A DNA stretch of 64,000 nucleotides, from the NCBI GenBank assembly GCA_965228735.1, contig OZ245838.1, forward strand, positions 2,080,001 to 2,144,000, read 5' to 3'. The notes beneath the pieces were generated by a model that saw only the letters and a list, made by a program, of their open reading frames with translations, did no database searches and was not told where the DNA came from. The DNA is from Planctomycetota bacterium. GTDB lineage: Bacteria; Planctomycetota; UBA1135; UBA2386. Positions 18,429-28,517 of the stretch are shown in pieces (position 1 is the first letter of the stretch; each line of letters begins with the position of its first letter). The position numbers and the translations under genes are program-made.

Positions 18429-21400
18429 ATGACAGCGCGGGTTCAGGGCCCTCACAGGTCCACCTTGTCGAATGCCGATACAGTCGGCGTGGCGACCCGC
18501 GGGAACAGGGCCCCCAAACCGGCGTCATCGCCCAGCCGGGACGAGGCGGAGAACGTCGCGCGCGCGTTTGCGCTCGCGCTCCGCAACGTCAGCGTGTACC
18601 CAGCGGACCATCCGCGCTCGACCTCCGCTGCCAGCGACTGCCTCGAGCTGATCCGGGCCCGCGGCGGCGTCATCCTCACGACGCACGATCGCCAGCTCGG
18701 ATGCAACGGTCTGCGCCTCGGGGACGACACCCAGTTCGCGTGGGTCGTCGAACGACTCCGCGCCGGCGGCCTGCGCGGCGTGGTCGCGAGTCCGAAGTGT
18801 ACGGGCGAAGACCTGCTCGCGCTCGCGCGCGAACTCGTGCAGACCAAGGGGGTGAAGGCCGGCGAGACCCTCGACTGGCCGGACGACCACGCGCGGCTGC
18901 AGATCATTCCGCTGCTGTTCACTGGCACGTTCGTGCGCGATGGCCGCACTGCGAAGAGCGCGGGCGGCGACGGCACCGGTACCGCGAGCGGCGGCGGCAC
19001 CACGGGCACGGGCGCCAACGACACCAACGCGCAGCAGGGAACCGACCGCCCAGGGATCGGCACCGGACGCAACACCGGCGGCACGAGCACGGGCCACGGC
19101 ACCGCGGGTTCTGGCAGCGGCGGCGGGACGGGTGCGGGGATCGGGCGGGGTATCGGTGGCGGTGCTGGCGCCGGCACCGGCTCGGGTGTCGGGCGCGGCC
19201 GTGGCGGCAACGCCGGGACCGGCCAGGCGACGGGCGACGCTGCGTCGGGCACCGGCACGGGCAGCGGTCCGGGCAGCGAGCTCGGCGCCGGCCCGGGAAC
19301 GGGCGCCGGCAGCGGTAGCGGCGACGGCAGCGGCAGCGGCGCCGGTAGCGGCAACCCTAGCGGTAGCGGTAGCGGCAGTGGCAACGGCGGCGGCAGCGAC
19401 AGTGGCAGCGGCAGTGGCAACGGCGGCGGTAGCGGCAGCGGTAACGGCGACGGCAGCGGCAGCGTCAACGGCAACGGGGAAGGCAGCGGCGACGGCAGCG
19501 GCGCCGGCCCGGGAACGGGCGCCGGCAGCGGTAGCGGCGACGGCAGCGGCAGCGGCGCCGGTAGCGGCAACCCTAGCGGTAGCGGTAGCGGCAGTGGCAA
19601 CGGCGGCGGCAGCGGCAGTGGCAACGGCAGTGGCAACGGCGGCGGTAGCGGCAGCGGTAACGGCGACGGCAGCGGCAGCGTCAACGGCGACGGGGAAGGC
19701 AGCGGCGACGGCAGCGGCGGCGGTGGCGGGGAAGGCAGCGGCGCCGGCTCCGGCATGGGCAACGGCGCCAGCGACACCTCGAAGCCCGCCACCGGCAACG
19801 GCCATGGCACTGCGCACTGCGACGACGACACCGGCCGCGCTCTGACACCTGGCGGTGGCGGCAGCGCGGGAATCGCCTCTGGCTTCGACAGCGGGACGAG
19901 CGACGCCGCCAGCGTCGGCGGCGTCGGTGGCGGGGTCGGCGGTGGCTTCGGCGTCGGGGTGGGAACCGGACTGGGCAGCGGGGTCGGCAGCGGCAGCGGC
20001 ACCGGCGTCGGCGACGAAGCCGGCGGCATGGCGATTCCACCCGAGGAACCCGGGGACGCCGACGACGACAGCGGAGCGGCCACCGAATTGGGCGCGGACC
20101 CTGCGGACACCTCGGCGGCGAGCCCGGCCTTCGGCCTCGGACGCGCCGGGATGGAACTGATGTTCCAGGGCACGATCGGCACGCCCGATGTCCTGTTCTC
20201 GGACTCGACGTCGTCCGCGGAGCCGACCGACCTGGTCGACGCCACCGCGATCCAAGAACCCGGATCTCCCCGCGCGAACCCCGCGCTTTCCGGACTGCTC
20301 GCCGACATGCTCGGCGACGTCATCGACGGCTCCGCGCATCGCGCACTCGCGGACGCGCTCTCGGGTGAAGCCGACACCGCGCCCGAATCCGTCGACCGCG
20401 AGACCGACGAACCCGGCGCGGCGCCAGCGATGGATTACGACGTGGCTGGCGGGACGTCGCTCGACGATCGCACCCTCGATACCGCGCGGCGGAGCGCCGA
20501 GATCGCGCAGCGCTACTTCGGCCGGCCCGAGCCAGAACAGGACACGACCCTCGAGAAGCCGAGCGGCCGCCCCGAGGACGCGGCGATCGTGGGCGACATC
20601 GACTCGCTCCTCGAGGAGATCGCCGCACTCCCGGACACTGCCAACCCCGCGCTGCAGCCGCCGGGCGAAACCCGCACGGACCTGGCCGGAATCGCGGAGC
20701 AACTGCTCGGCGTCTACCTCTACCTCTGGGTCACCTACCCCGAGCCGGACGCCCGGCAGCGACTCGAGCAGCCTCTGATTCGCGCGCTGGCTTCGTGCCG
20801 CGACGACATCACCGTGCTCGATCCGTACCTCGGCGACGGCGACTTCGCGGAGATCTCGAGCCCGGCCGAGCGCCGCGCGATCCTCGACCTCGCCGCTCAG
20901 GCCGGCCGCGGTCGCCTGCTCGCGGAGCGCGACTACTTCAGCGCCGCGCTCGTCACCGAGGAGTTCCCGCAGTCGTTGCCCGCCGCGGTGCGCGTGCTCG
21001 GCGGCTCGGACAAGGGCATCGTCGTGCTGCGCGAGGCGGTCGACAAGCTGCTGCAGGAACACGGCCGCCAGGCGTTCATCGATCTGCTGCGATCCGAAGA
21101 ACTGCAGGACGCCGCGATGATCCGCGGACTCGTTGCCCTGGGCGGCGAGATCGCGTCCGTGGCCCTGACCGCGGCGACCTGGTCCGGGCGGCTCGAGCTC
21201 TACGACGAAGTGCTCGAGCAGGTGCGCTCGATGGACGTCCCGGGTCCCGAACGGCGGGCGCTCAAGCTGCTGCGCTCGCAGGACCGCGGTTCGACGTCGT
21301 ACCTGCAGCAACTCGTGCGCGACCTCTCGGACGGCAGCGTCTCGCAGGAGCTGCGCCGCCGGACCGCCGAGATGCTCCGCGCGCAGGTTCACCGCGCGCG

Positions 21401-21590
21401 CGAGAACGACGACATCGACCGCATGCGATCCGCCATCGAAGACCTGGCGCTCGTGCCGGACACCCAGACCCGATCGCTGCTGCGCGAGATCGGCAGCAGC
21501 GACCGCTGGCTCCGCGTGTTCGACCCACTCGGTCCCGCCCGTGCCGCGGCCCGCGACGTTCTGCGCAAGATCGAGAGTGCGACGCCATGA
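18429..21590 (+). CDS. Large Gly/Ser-rich protein with N-terminal YPxxHP domain and helical C-terminal region
   Basis: N-terminal ALRNVSVYPADHPR domain; several hundred residues of G/S/T/N low-complexity sequence; helical C-terminus; ATGA-coupled to the HD-GYP gene. Exact start uncertain. Confidence 0.7.
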   Translation: MTARVQGPHRSTLSNADTVGVATRGNRAPKPASSPSRDEAENVARAFALALRNVSVYPADHPRSTSAASDCLELIRARGGVILTTHDRQLGCNGLRLGDDTQFAWVVERLRAGGLRGVVASPKCTGEDLLALARELVQTKGVKAGETLDWPDDHARLQIIPLLFTGTFVRDGRTAKSAGGDGTGTASGGGTTGTGANDTNAQQGTDRPGIGTGRNTGGTSTGHGTAGSGSGGGTGAGIGRGIGGGAGAGTGSGVGRGRGGNAGTGQATGDAASGTGTGSGPGSELGAGPGTGAGSGSGDGSGSGAGSGNPSGSGSGSGNGGGSDSGSGSGNGGGSGSGNGDGSGSVNGNGEGSGDGSGAGPGTGAGSGSGDGSGSGAGSGNPSGSGSGSGNGGGSGSGNGSGNGGGSGSGNGDGSGSVNGDGEGSGDGSGGGGGEGSGAGSGMGNGASDTSKPATGNGHGTAHCDDDTGRALTPGGGGSAGIASGFDSGTSDAASVGGVGGGVGGGFGVGVGTGLGSGVGSGSGTGVGDEAGGMAIPPEEPGDADDDSGAATELGADPADTSAASPAFGLGRAGMELMFQGTIGTPDVLFSDSTSSAEPTDLVDATAIQEPGSPRANPALSGLLADMLGDVIDGSAHRALADALSGEADTAPESVDRETDEPGAAPAMDYDVAGGTSLDDRTLDTARRSAEIAQRYFGRPEPEQDTTLEKPSGRPEDAAIVGDIDSLLEEIAALPDTANPALQPPGETRTDLAGIAEQLLGVYLYLWVTYPEPDARQRLEQPLIRALASCRDDITVLDPYLGDGDFAEISSPAERRAILDLAAQAGRGRLLAERDYFSAALVTEEFPQSLPAAVRVLGGSDKGIVVLREAVDKLLQEHGRQAFIDLLRSEELQDAAMIRGLVALGGEIASVALTAATWSGRLELYDEVLEQVRSMDVPGPERRALKLLRSQDRGSTSYLQQLVRDLSDGSVSQELRRRTAEMLRAQVHRARENDDIDRMRSAIEDLALVPDTQTRSLLREIGSSDRWLRVFDPLGPARAAARDVLRKIESATP
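19284..19715 (+). repeat. Direct tandem duplication, 2 x 216 nt (72 aa), inside the Gly/Ser-rich CDS
   Basis: GGCGCCGGCCCGGGAACGGGC starts at 19284 and at 19500; I counted three substitutions between copies. Confidence 0.9.
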
Positions 21591-23263
21591 CCGCGAACGA
21601 CGACCCGAAGAGTCAGATTCTCACGAAGGCCACCGAGCTCGTCGACGAGTTCGTCACGGCGCTCGTCAACTCGCGCATCTACGAGCTTTCGCATCCGCGC
21701 CTGCAGACATCGCTGACCCGAGTGGTCGATCACGTGCGCGCGCTGGCGCGCGAGACGCGCAGCGACCGGGTCCGCATCGTCTGCAGTGAAGGGATGGTGT
21801 TCTTCTCGGGTCAGCCGCTGCTCGGCGCGAGCCTCGCCGCGCCCCGGCTGTTGCGGCTCGTCGACGGCTGGAATGCCGGTGGCGTCGAACTCGCCCGCCA
21901 GATCGACGCCACGGAGCTCGCGACGTTCTTCGCGTGCATCGTCGCGAGCAAGGAACGGCCGGAACACGACTACCGCCACGTCAATCGCCAGACCAGCTCG
22001 CGCCGCTGCCTGCACGCGCAGCTGCTCCCGCCGGCGGGTGACCGGCGCGGCTCGCGCGGCGCCGGCGGCGGTAGCAGCGGCGGCGGCGGTGGTAGCGGCG
22101 GCGGCGTCGGTAGCGGCGGCGGCGGCAGCGGTTCGGGCCCCGGCGGCGGTGGTTGCGGCGGCGGCAGCGGTGGCGGCGGCGGCGGCGGCGGCAGTGGAGG
22201 CGGCGGCGGCGGCAATGGCGGCGGCGCGGACGGCTTCGACCTGGCTGCGTTCGACGATGCCGGACCGGGCGGCGGCGGCGGCGGCCGGAGCGGCCGCCAG
22301 AGCTACGAAGAGGAACAGATGCGCATCGGGATGCGCAGCTACCAGGGCGTGATGGACATGTTGCAGTCCGTGACCGTCTCGGTGTGTCGCGGCGGCACGA
22401 TCGACTTCTCGCCGGTGTTCGAACAGGCGGAGCTCGTGCTCGAACACCTCGAGATGAACGGCACCGCGCTGCTCGGTCTCGCCCGCCAGGAGCAGTACGA
22501 CGCGTTCACGTTCGGCCACTCGATCCGCGTCGCGATCCTCGCGATGAACTTCGCGCGCGCGCTGACCGCCGATCGCGAACTGCAGATCCGCATCGGCGCA
22601 GCGGCCCTGCTGCACGACGTCGGCAAGTCGCTCGTGCCGTTCGAGATCCTGCACAGCAACAAGCGCCTGAGCGAGGACGAGCGCCGCGAGATGGGACGCC
22701 ACGCCGAGCTCGGCGCGAAGTGCCTGCTCGACCACCACGACTCCGACCCGCTCGCGATCGTCGCCGCGTTCGGTCACCATCTCTCGCCCGACGGCACCGG
22801 CTACCCGCGCACGGTGCACGAGCACCCGATCACGTGGATCACGAGCATCGTCAAGATCTGCGACATCTTCGAGGCCCTGACCGCAGCGCGCCCCTACAAG
22901 AGCGCGATGGCGCCGATCCGGGCGTATCGCATCATGCTCGCCATGGGCGAGAAGCTCGATCGCGGCCTGCTCAAGCGCTTCATCGAGATCAACGGCATCT
23001 ACCCGGTCGGCCAGCGCGTCGAGCTCGAGGACGGCGTCATCGCGGTCGTGGACCGGCAGACCGACGACCCGCTGCACCCGGTCGTCGTGATCGTGCAGCA
23101 TGGTGACGGCTCGGAGCCCGACCCGGAGGACAACGAACCGTTCGACCTCCGCGAGATCGCGTGTCCGAACGTGCGGATGATCGTGCGCGAGGTGCTCGGC
23201 GAGACCGCGCCGACGCCCGACGTGGATCACGCCGAGGATCCGAACCCGGCGAACCGCGACTGA
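21587..23263 (+). CDS. HD-GYP domain cyclic-dinucleotide phosphodiesterase with a poly-Gly insert
   Basis: Motifs HSIRVAILA, AALLHDVGK, HHLSPDGTGYP and CDIFEALTAARPYK; (GGC)n tract at about 22057-22290. Confidence 0.87.
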   Translation: MTANDDPKSQILTKATELVDEFVTALVNSRIYELSHPRLQTSLTRVVDHVRALARETRSDRVRIVCSEGMVFFSGQPLLGASLAAPRLLRLVDGWNAGGVELARQIDATELATFFACIVASKERPEHDYRHVNRQTSSRRCLHAQLLPPAGDRRGSRGAGGGSSGGGGGSGGGVGSGGGGSGSGPGGGGCGGGSGGGGGGGGSGGGGGGNGGGADGFDLAAFDDAGPGGGGGGRSGRQSYEEEQMRIGMRSYQGVMDMLQSVTVSVCRGGTIDFSPVFEQAELVLEHLEMNGTALLGLARQEQYDAFTFGHSIRVAILAMNFARALTADRELQIRIGAAALLHDVGKSLVPFEILHSNKRLSEDERREMGRHAELGAKCLLDHHDSDPLAIVAAFGHHLSPDGTGYPRTVHEHPITWITSIVKICDIFEALTAARPYKSAMAPIRAYRIMLAMGEKLDRGLLKRFIEINGIYPVGQRVELEDGVIAVVDRQTDDPLHPVVVIVQHGDGSEPDPEDNEPFDLREIACPNVRMIVREVLGETAPTPDVDHAEDPNPANRD

Positions 23264-23281
23264 GCGCCCCGGCCGCGCCGG

Positions 23282-25165
23282 TCAGTCGTCGCGGCCCGGC
23301 TCACCATCGACCCGTTCGGACGGTGACTCCGCGACCGCGGGACCGTGCAGCGCCTCCCACACGGCGCGCGCGACGTTCGCCGGCACGCCCGGGCTCTGCT
23401 CGAGCTCCTGCCGCGTCGCGTTCTTGAGCGCCGTGAGCGACCCGAAGTGCCGCAGCAGCGCGCGGCGTCGCGCCGGCCCGACGCCCGCGATGCCGTCGAG
23501 TTCGCTGCCGAGCCGACCGCGCTGCTGGCGGTGATAGGTGATCGCGAAGCGGTGCGCCTCGTCGCGCAACGCCGCGATGAGCAGCGTCTCCGGAGCCTGC
23601 TCCTCGAGCCCGACCGAGGTCTCGGCGGTCGGCAGGAAGACCCGTTCGCCGCTCTCGCGCCGCTCGTCCCCCACGCCGCGCAACCGGCTCTTCGCGAGGC
23701 CGCAGATCTGCAGGTCCCCGTGCAGGCCGAGGTCCTCGAGGGCGCGCATCGCCGCCGTGAGCTGTCCGCGACCGCCGTCGACGACGAGCAGATCCGGCAG
23801 TTCCTCCGTGTCGCGCTCCAGGCAAAGGCGCAGGCTGCGCCGCACCGCCTCGGTCATCGCGGCGAAGTCGTCGCCCGCGTTCTCCGCCGAGATCTTGAAG
23901 CGCCGGTACTGACCCTTCGCCGGCGTGCCGTCGACGAAACAGACCCGCGACGCGACGGTGCTCGTGCCCTGGATCGTCGAGACATCGAGGCAGTGCAGGC
24001 GCTCGGGCACGTCCGGCAGATCCAGCAGCGCCGCGAGCCGCACCGCACCCGCACGCCGGCGCGACGCCGCATCGGTCGCCATCTCATCGGCGAGTCGCGC
24101 GTTCTCCTGCGCGAGGTCGAGATGCCGGCGCTTGCTGCCGCGCTGCGGGACGACCACCTCGACCTTGGCGCCGCGCTTGCCGCGCAACCACTCGGCAACG
24201 ATCAGGGGCTCGGACGGCAGCTGCGGCACGAGCACGGTGCCAGGCACGTAGCGATCACCCTCGTAGAACCGCCCGAGCAGGTCGTCGAGCAGCAGCTCGT
24301 CGGACAGCTCCGTCTGCAGCGCGAAGCGCCGCGTGTTCTCGAGCGCGCCGCCGCGGAACGCGAGCAACGCGACGGTCACCTCGTCCCCCGCGCGATGGAT
24401 GCCGATGGCGTCCTCGTCGCCACCCGCCGTCACGACGGCCTGCGGCTGCGCGACCGACTGCAGCGCGCGAATCTGCTCCTTGATCGCCTGCGCGCGCTCG
24501 AACTCGAGCTCGTCCGCGGCGTCCTGCATGCGGTCGCGCAGGTCCGCGAGCACGGGACCGACCTCGCCCTTGAGGATGCGGACGGAGCGATCGAGCAGCT
24601 CATCGTAGGCCGAGCGGTCGATCAGGTCGACGCACGGCGCCGGACAGCGGCCGATCTGATGCTTGATGCACGGCCGCGACCGGTTGTCGAACACCGCGTC
24701 CTTGCAGTCCCGCAGCGGCACGATCTTGTGCAGCAACCGCAGCGTGCGCCGCACGGACTTCGCCGACGCGTAGGGCCCGAAATACTGTGCCCCGTCGTTC
24801 TGGCGCTTGCGCACGAGGCGATACCACGGCCACGCCTCGCGGCGATCGAGCCGCAGCAACAGGAACGCCTTGTCGTCCTTGAGCTTGACGTTGTAGCGCG
24901 GCTTCTTCTTCTTGATGACCGTGTTCTCGAGCAGCAGCGCCTCGGTCTCGCTCGCGGTCGCGATGAACTCGACGTCCGCGGCCTCGGCCGCGAGGAACCG
25001 CAGCTGATAGCGCCCGTCGCCCCCCGGCGTGAGGTAGCTCCGCACCCGCGCCCGCAGGTTGGCCGCCTTGCCGACGTAGAGCGTCTTGCCCTCCGCGTTG
25101 GAGAACACGTACACCCCGGGCCCGGTCGGAAAGCGCGCGACCTTGGCCGTGATGTCGGGGTGCAT
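23282..25165 (-). CDS. uvrC: Excinuclease ABC subunit C
   Basis: GIY-YIG N-terminus PGVY...YVGKAANLRARVRSY, Cys cluster, UVR domain, PDLLVVDGGRGQL, LRDEAHRFAI and HhH GVGP. Confidence 0.96.
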   Translation of the reverse strand: MHPDITAKVARFPTGPGVYVFSNAEGKTLYVGKAANLRARVRSYLTPGGDGRYQLRFLAAEAADVEFIATASETEALLLENTVIKKKKPRYNVKLKDDKAFLLLRLDRREAWPWYRLVRKRQNDGAQYFGPYASAKSVRRTLRLLHKIVPLRDCKDAVFDNRSRPCIKHQIGRCPAPCVDLIDRSAYDELLDRSVRILKGEVGPVLADLRDRMQDAADELEFERAQAIKEQIRALQSVAQPQAVVTAGGDEDAIGIHRAGDEVTVALLAFRGGALENTRRFALQTELSDELLLDDLLGRFYEGDRYVPGTVLVPQLPSEPLIVAEWLRGKRGAKVEVVVPQRGSKRRHLDLAQENARLADEMATDAASRRRAGAVRLAALLDLPDVPERLHCLDVSTIQGTSTVASRVCFVDGTPAKGQYRRFKISAENAGDDFAAMTEAVRRSLRLCLERDTEELPDLLVVDGGRGQLTAAMRALEDLGLHGDLQICGLAKSRLRGVGDERRESGERVFLPTAETSVGLEEQAPETLLIAALRDEAHRFAITYHRQQRGRLGSELDGIAGVGPARRRALLRHFGSLTALKNATRQELEQSPGVPANVARAVWEALHGPAVAESPSERVDGEPGRDD

Positions 25166-25296
25166 GCGTGCAGTCGTATCGCGATGCCGACACCCGGTCC
25201 ACGGCGCCGGGCCACGCGAACGGGTTGACGCCTCACCCGGGACGGTCGAGGATGCTACGCGACCCCACTGCTCGCGAGCCGAGCGAAGGAGATGCC

Positions 25297-26898
25297 GTGA
25301 CTGCACGATGGACGCTGCTGTGCGTCGTCGAAGCGATCGTCGTCGCGCTGCTGTGCTGGCAGGTGTTCGGCGGTGCGCCGGCGCAGGGCGCCGCGTCGCC
25401 CGAGCCGGCGACCCGACTGACGCTCGACGGCGCGACGCCGGACGCCGGAGGCGGAACCACGGTGTCGGGAACGACGCCGGACGAGGCGCTATCCGCGATC
25501 GCGCCGCCGACCCGCGAAGCCGTCGCGTCGAACTGGGATCCCGACAGCCCGTTCGGCGTGATCCTTACTGGCGAACTGCGGCTGAGCGACGGCAGCCCCG
25601 TCGAGGCGCATCTCACCGCCGCCCAGGAGGGCGAGTACGCCGGGCAACGCTCCGGCGCACCAGGCACCTACGTGTTCTCGGGGCTGCGACCCGGCGACTG
25701 GACGATCAAGGTGCGCGGCGACCGCATCGCCGCACACGAGGAGACGATCACGCTCACGACGACGGCGATCCAGCGGCACGACCTCGTCCTCGAGCCGTCG
25801 TTCCCTGTCCGGGTCACCATTGTCACGCCCGACGGCGCTGACGCACGAATGGCGGCGATGCGGGCGCTCGGCGACATGACGCCGTTCTCGATCGTCGGCC
25901 AGCGGGAACGGTTTGCCGAACGCTACGCCGCGAACGACTACGGCGCCGTACGGATCGGCGACGCGCGCTGGGACCGGGCGCGCACGCAGCAGGATGGGCT
26001 CCTCGGCACGCTCACGTTCCGTTCGCTGCCGGCGCACATCGCGGTGATGATGCGTCATCTCGTGCTGCAGCAGCAGGTCGTCTCGCCGGGCCAGGAAGAG
26101 GTCCGGTTCGTCGTCGACGTCGAGGAACTCCAGACCCAGATGGCAAGCGCGACGATCCGGGTGCTCCACGAGCCGGCAGGACTCCCGCTCGCGGGCGCAC
26201 GCGTGAGGCTCAAGTCGTCGGGCGGCGGCGGCATCGGCGGCCAGGCAACCACGGACGACAGCGGCCGAGCCATCGTGGAGCGGGCGATGCCCGGCTTGCT
26301 GAGACTCTCCGTGTCAGCGTCGAACTGCGAGACCCTGTGCCGGACCGTCGAGCTTCAGCCCGGCCAGCAGCTCGACCTCGGCGAGATGCGACTCGGGCGC
26401 CGAGCCGAGTTCCGCGGCGTCGTTCTCGGCCCCGACGGTCAACCCGCCGGAGCGCGCGTGCAGTGGCAACCGCTCAAGGGCTTGGATGGGCCCACCCCGT
26501 TCCGCCACAACTACTCGACGACGCCAGACTCCGAGGGCGCGTTCGAACTGCCCGACGTCGGGCCAGGCCTCGTCGCGGTCCAGGCGTACGGCGATGGCGA
26601 TCTGAGGGCGCTCGGAGTGTTCGACTGCCCGACGACCGATCCGATCACCCTGCAGCTCGCCCCAACGGGCAAGTGTCGCTTCACGCGAGAACCGGACCCG
26701 ACCCGGGCCTTCGTCGTGACCATCTACGACGCACAACGCCGCCCACTCAACGGCTACGCGATCGCCCCGAGCGCCGACGACTATCCGGTTCGTCTGCCGC
26801 ACGGCACGTATTCGTTCGAGATCCACGAGGGGCGTAAACTGCGTCGCAGCGGCACGCTGCAGATCGGCTCAGAACCCATCGAGGTGGTGATCCAATGA
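25297..26898 (+). CDS. Membrane-anchored protein with carboxypeptidase-regulatory-like (Ig/prealbumin-like) repeats
   Basis: N-terminal TM segment; FSGLRPGDW, GLPLAGARV...TTDDSGRA and GVVLGPDGQP; GAAGGAG ribosome-binding site before GTG. Confidence 0.72.
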   Translation: MTARWTLLCVVEAIVVALLCWQVFGGAPAQGAASPEPATRLTLDGATPDAGGGTTVSGTTPDEALSAIAPPTREAVASNWDPDSPFGVILTGELRLSDGSPVEAHLTAAQEGEYAGQRSGAPGTYVFSGLRPGDWTIKVRGDRIAAHEETITLTTTAIQRHDLVLEPSFPVRVTIVTPDGADARMAAMRALGDMTPFSIVGQRERFAERYAANDYGAVRIGDARWDRARTQQDGLLGTLTFRSLPAHIAVMMRHLVLQQQVVSPGQEEVRFVVDVEELQTQMASATIRVLHEPAGLPLAGARVRLKSSGGGGIGGQATTDDSGRAIVERAMPGLLRLSVSASNCETLCRTVELQPGQQLDLGEMRLGRRAEFRGVVLGPDGQPAGARVQWQPLKGLDGPTPFRHNYSTTPDSEGAFELPDVGPGLVAVQAYGDGDLRALGVFDCPTTDPITLQLAPTGKCRFTREPDPTRAFVVTIYDAQRRPLNGYAIAPSADDYPVRLPHGTYSFEIHEGRKLRRSGTLQIGSEPIEVVIQ

Positions 26899-28511
26899 CC
26901 AGTCCAACGCGCTCCGCGTGGGCGCTGCGCATGCTCGCCGCCCTGCTCGCCGTCGCGATCCTCGGGTTGTTCGCGGCGTGGGTCGCTGCGGAGGACGCGA
27001 TCGCGCCGCGGCCCGCCGCCGCAGCGACAAACCGCGAAGCCCCCACCTCGCCACCGACGGCTTCGGCCGCCACCACCCCTCATCCCGCCACCCCGCGGCC
27101 GAACGAGTCTCGAGAATCGGCAGCCGAACCCGAGGCGATGCCAGCGGCCACAGCATCGACGGCCCTGCTCTACGGCATCGTGCGCGACAGCGCCGGCAAC
27201 GCCCCGATCAGCGGCTCCGTCGAGCTGTCTCGCGCCGACGAGCGCATTGCCTTCTGCCGGCTGACCGACGGCACGTTCGCGTTCTCGGGTCTGGTGCCGG
27301 GAACCTATCGCGCCCTGTGCCGAGCCGAGAACGAGTTGCCGCTGGAGCGCGAGATCACGGTGGCCGCGCCGGCGACGCGAGTGGATCTCGAACTCGACGA
27401 GCGCTGGGTGCTCACGGTCGAAGCCGTGACTCCCGCCGGCAAGCCGCTCCGCGACGAGTTCGAGGGCATGGCCAACTTCCGGCTCACGCGCGCGCTCGCC
27501 GCGGCCGCGTTCCCCGAACCGCTGGCCGGCACCCTGCCGCTCTCGGATCGCCAGTACGCCTCCGCCGGTCTCGGGACGTTCGCAGGCAACCGAATCTTCC
27601 GGATGCGAGCTGGCGAGAAGGCCAAACCGACCCAGGTCGTTGGCACGCTGACGTTGCCCCCGCACGAGCCCGTTCACGTCGTGCTACTGCTGCGCAGCAC
27701 CGTGCTCGCGCAGGCGCAGGCGACACCCGGCCAGGAGCAATTGACGTTCGCCATCGATGCCGAGGCCGTGACCGCGGCCCTCGGTTCGGTGCAACTGCGC
27801 GTGGTCGACCCGAGCGGTGCGGGCATCCACGGCGTCAAGCTCGCGCTGAACGGCGGCTGGCTCGCCCCCGAGAACGCGGCGTCCGATCACCTCGGGCGCA
27901 TCCGCGCGGACGGTGTCATTCCGGGCGTGCATCGACTCTCGCTCCGTCACGCTGACGTCGTGGGCCCGGCCCTCGAAGTGCCGGTGGAGAGCGGCTCTGC
28001 CATCGACCTCGGAGACATCGTGATGCGCCCGGGGTTCCTCTTGCGGATTGACATGCGCAACTTCGAAGGCGAAGGGAGGGTGCGCTACACCTGGCTCGAT
28101 CCTGGTCCGGCGGGAACGATCCCTGAGGACTCGTTCCTCTCCAACAACAGCATGGACGAGTATCCGCTGATGCTGCTGCCCGGACGCTACGGCTTCCTCG
28201 CAACCGCGGAGAACGGCGCCGCAGTCGTCGAATTCGACCTCGCCGAAGCCCCGACCGAGCCGGTCCGATTCGACCTTCGCCCAGCGGGTCCGCTACGCAT
28301 CACGTACGACCTCGGCCCCGCGTCCGCGAAGCTCGAGCTCTCGACGAAAAGCGGTCTCGTGATTCGTCGCTACGAACTCACCGGCACGAACACGACCAAA
28401 CTCCGCCTGCCGCCCGACACCTACATCGCGACGATCACCGACATGACCGGCAACGTCGAGCGCCGCAGCGTCGCGGTGAGTGCGGCCGGCGGCACGCTCG
28501 AAATCCCTTGA
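26895..28511 (+). CDS. Paralogous carboxypeptidase-regulatory-like domain protein
   Basis: ATGA overlap; N-terminal TM segment; GIVRDSAG..PI, FSGLVPGTY, PGQEQLTFAID and IDLGDIVM are shared with the upstream gene. Confidence 0.72.
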   Translation: MTSPTRSAWALRMLAALLAVAILGLFAAWVAAEDAIAPRPAAAATNREAPTSPPTASAATTPHPATPRPNESRESAAEPEAMPAATASTALLYGIVRDSAGNAPISGSVELSRADERIAFCRLTDGTFAFSGLVPGTYRALCRAENELPLEREITVAAPATRVDLELDERWVLTVEAVTPAGKPLRDEFEGMANFRLTRALAAAAFPEPLAGTLPLSDRQYASAGLGTFAGNRIFRMRAGEKAKPTQVVGTLTLPPHEPVHVVLLLRSTVLAQAQATPGQEQLTFAIDAEAVTAALGSVQLRVVDPSGAGIHGVKLALNGGWLAPENAASDHLGRIRADGVIPGVHRLSLRHADVVGPALEVPVESGSAIDLGDIVMRPGFLLRIDMRNFEGEGRVRYTWLDPGPAGTIPEDSFLSNNSMDEYPLMLLPGRYGFLATAENGAAVVEFDLAEAPTEPVRFDLRPAGPLRITYDLGPASAKLELSTKSGLVIRRYELTGTNTTKLRLPPDTYIATITDMTGNVERRSVAVSAAGGTLEIP

Positions 28512-28517
28512 TCCCGC

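Noticed and set aside
18452..20377. Minus-strand ORF with long (PL)n/Pro-rich repeats
   Set aside because: Antisense shadow of the Gly/Ser-rich plus-strand gene, which has the conserved N-domain and operon coupling.
22057..22290. (GGC)n tract as a phase-variation switch
   Set aside because: Trinucleotide units keep the frame, so slippage changes linker length only.
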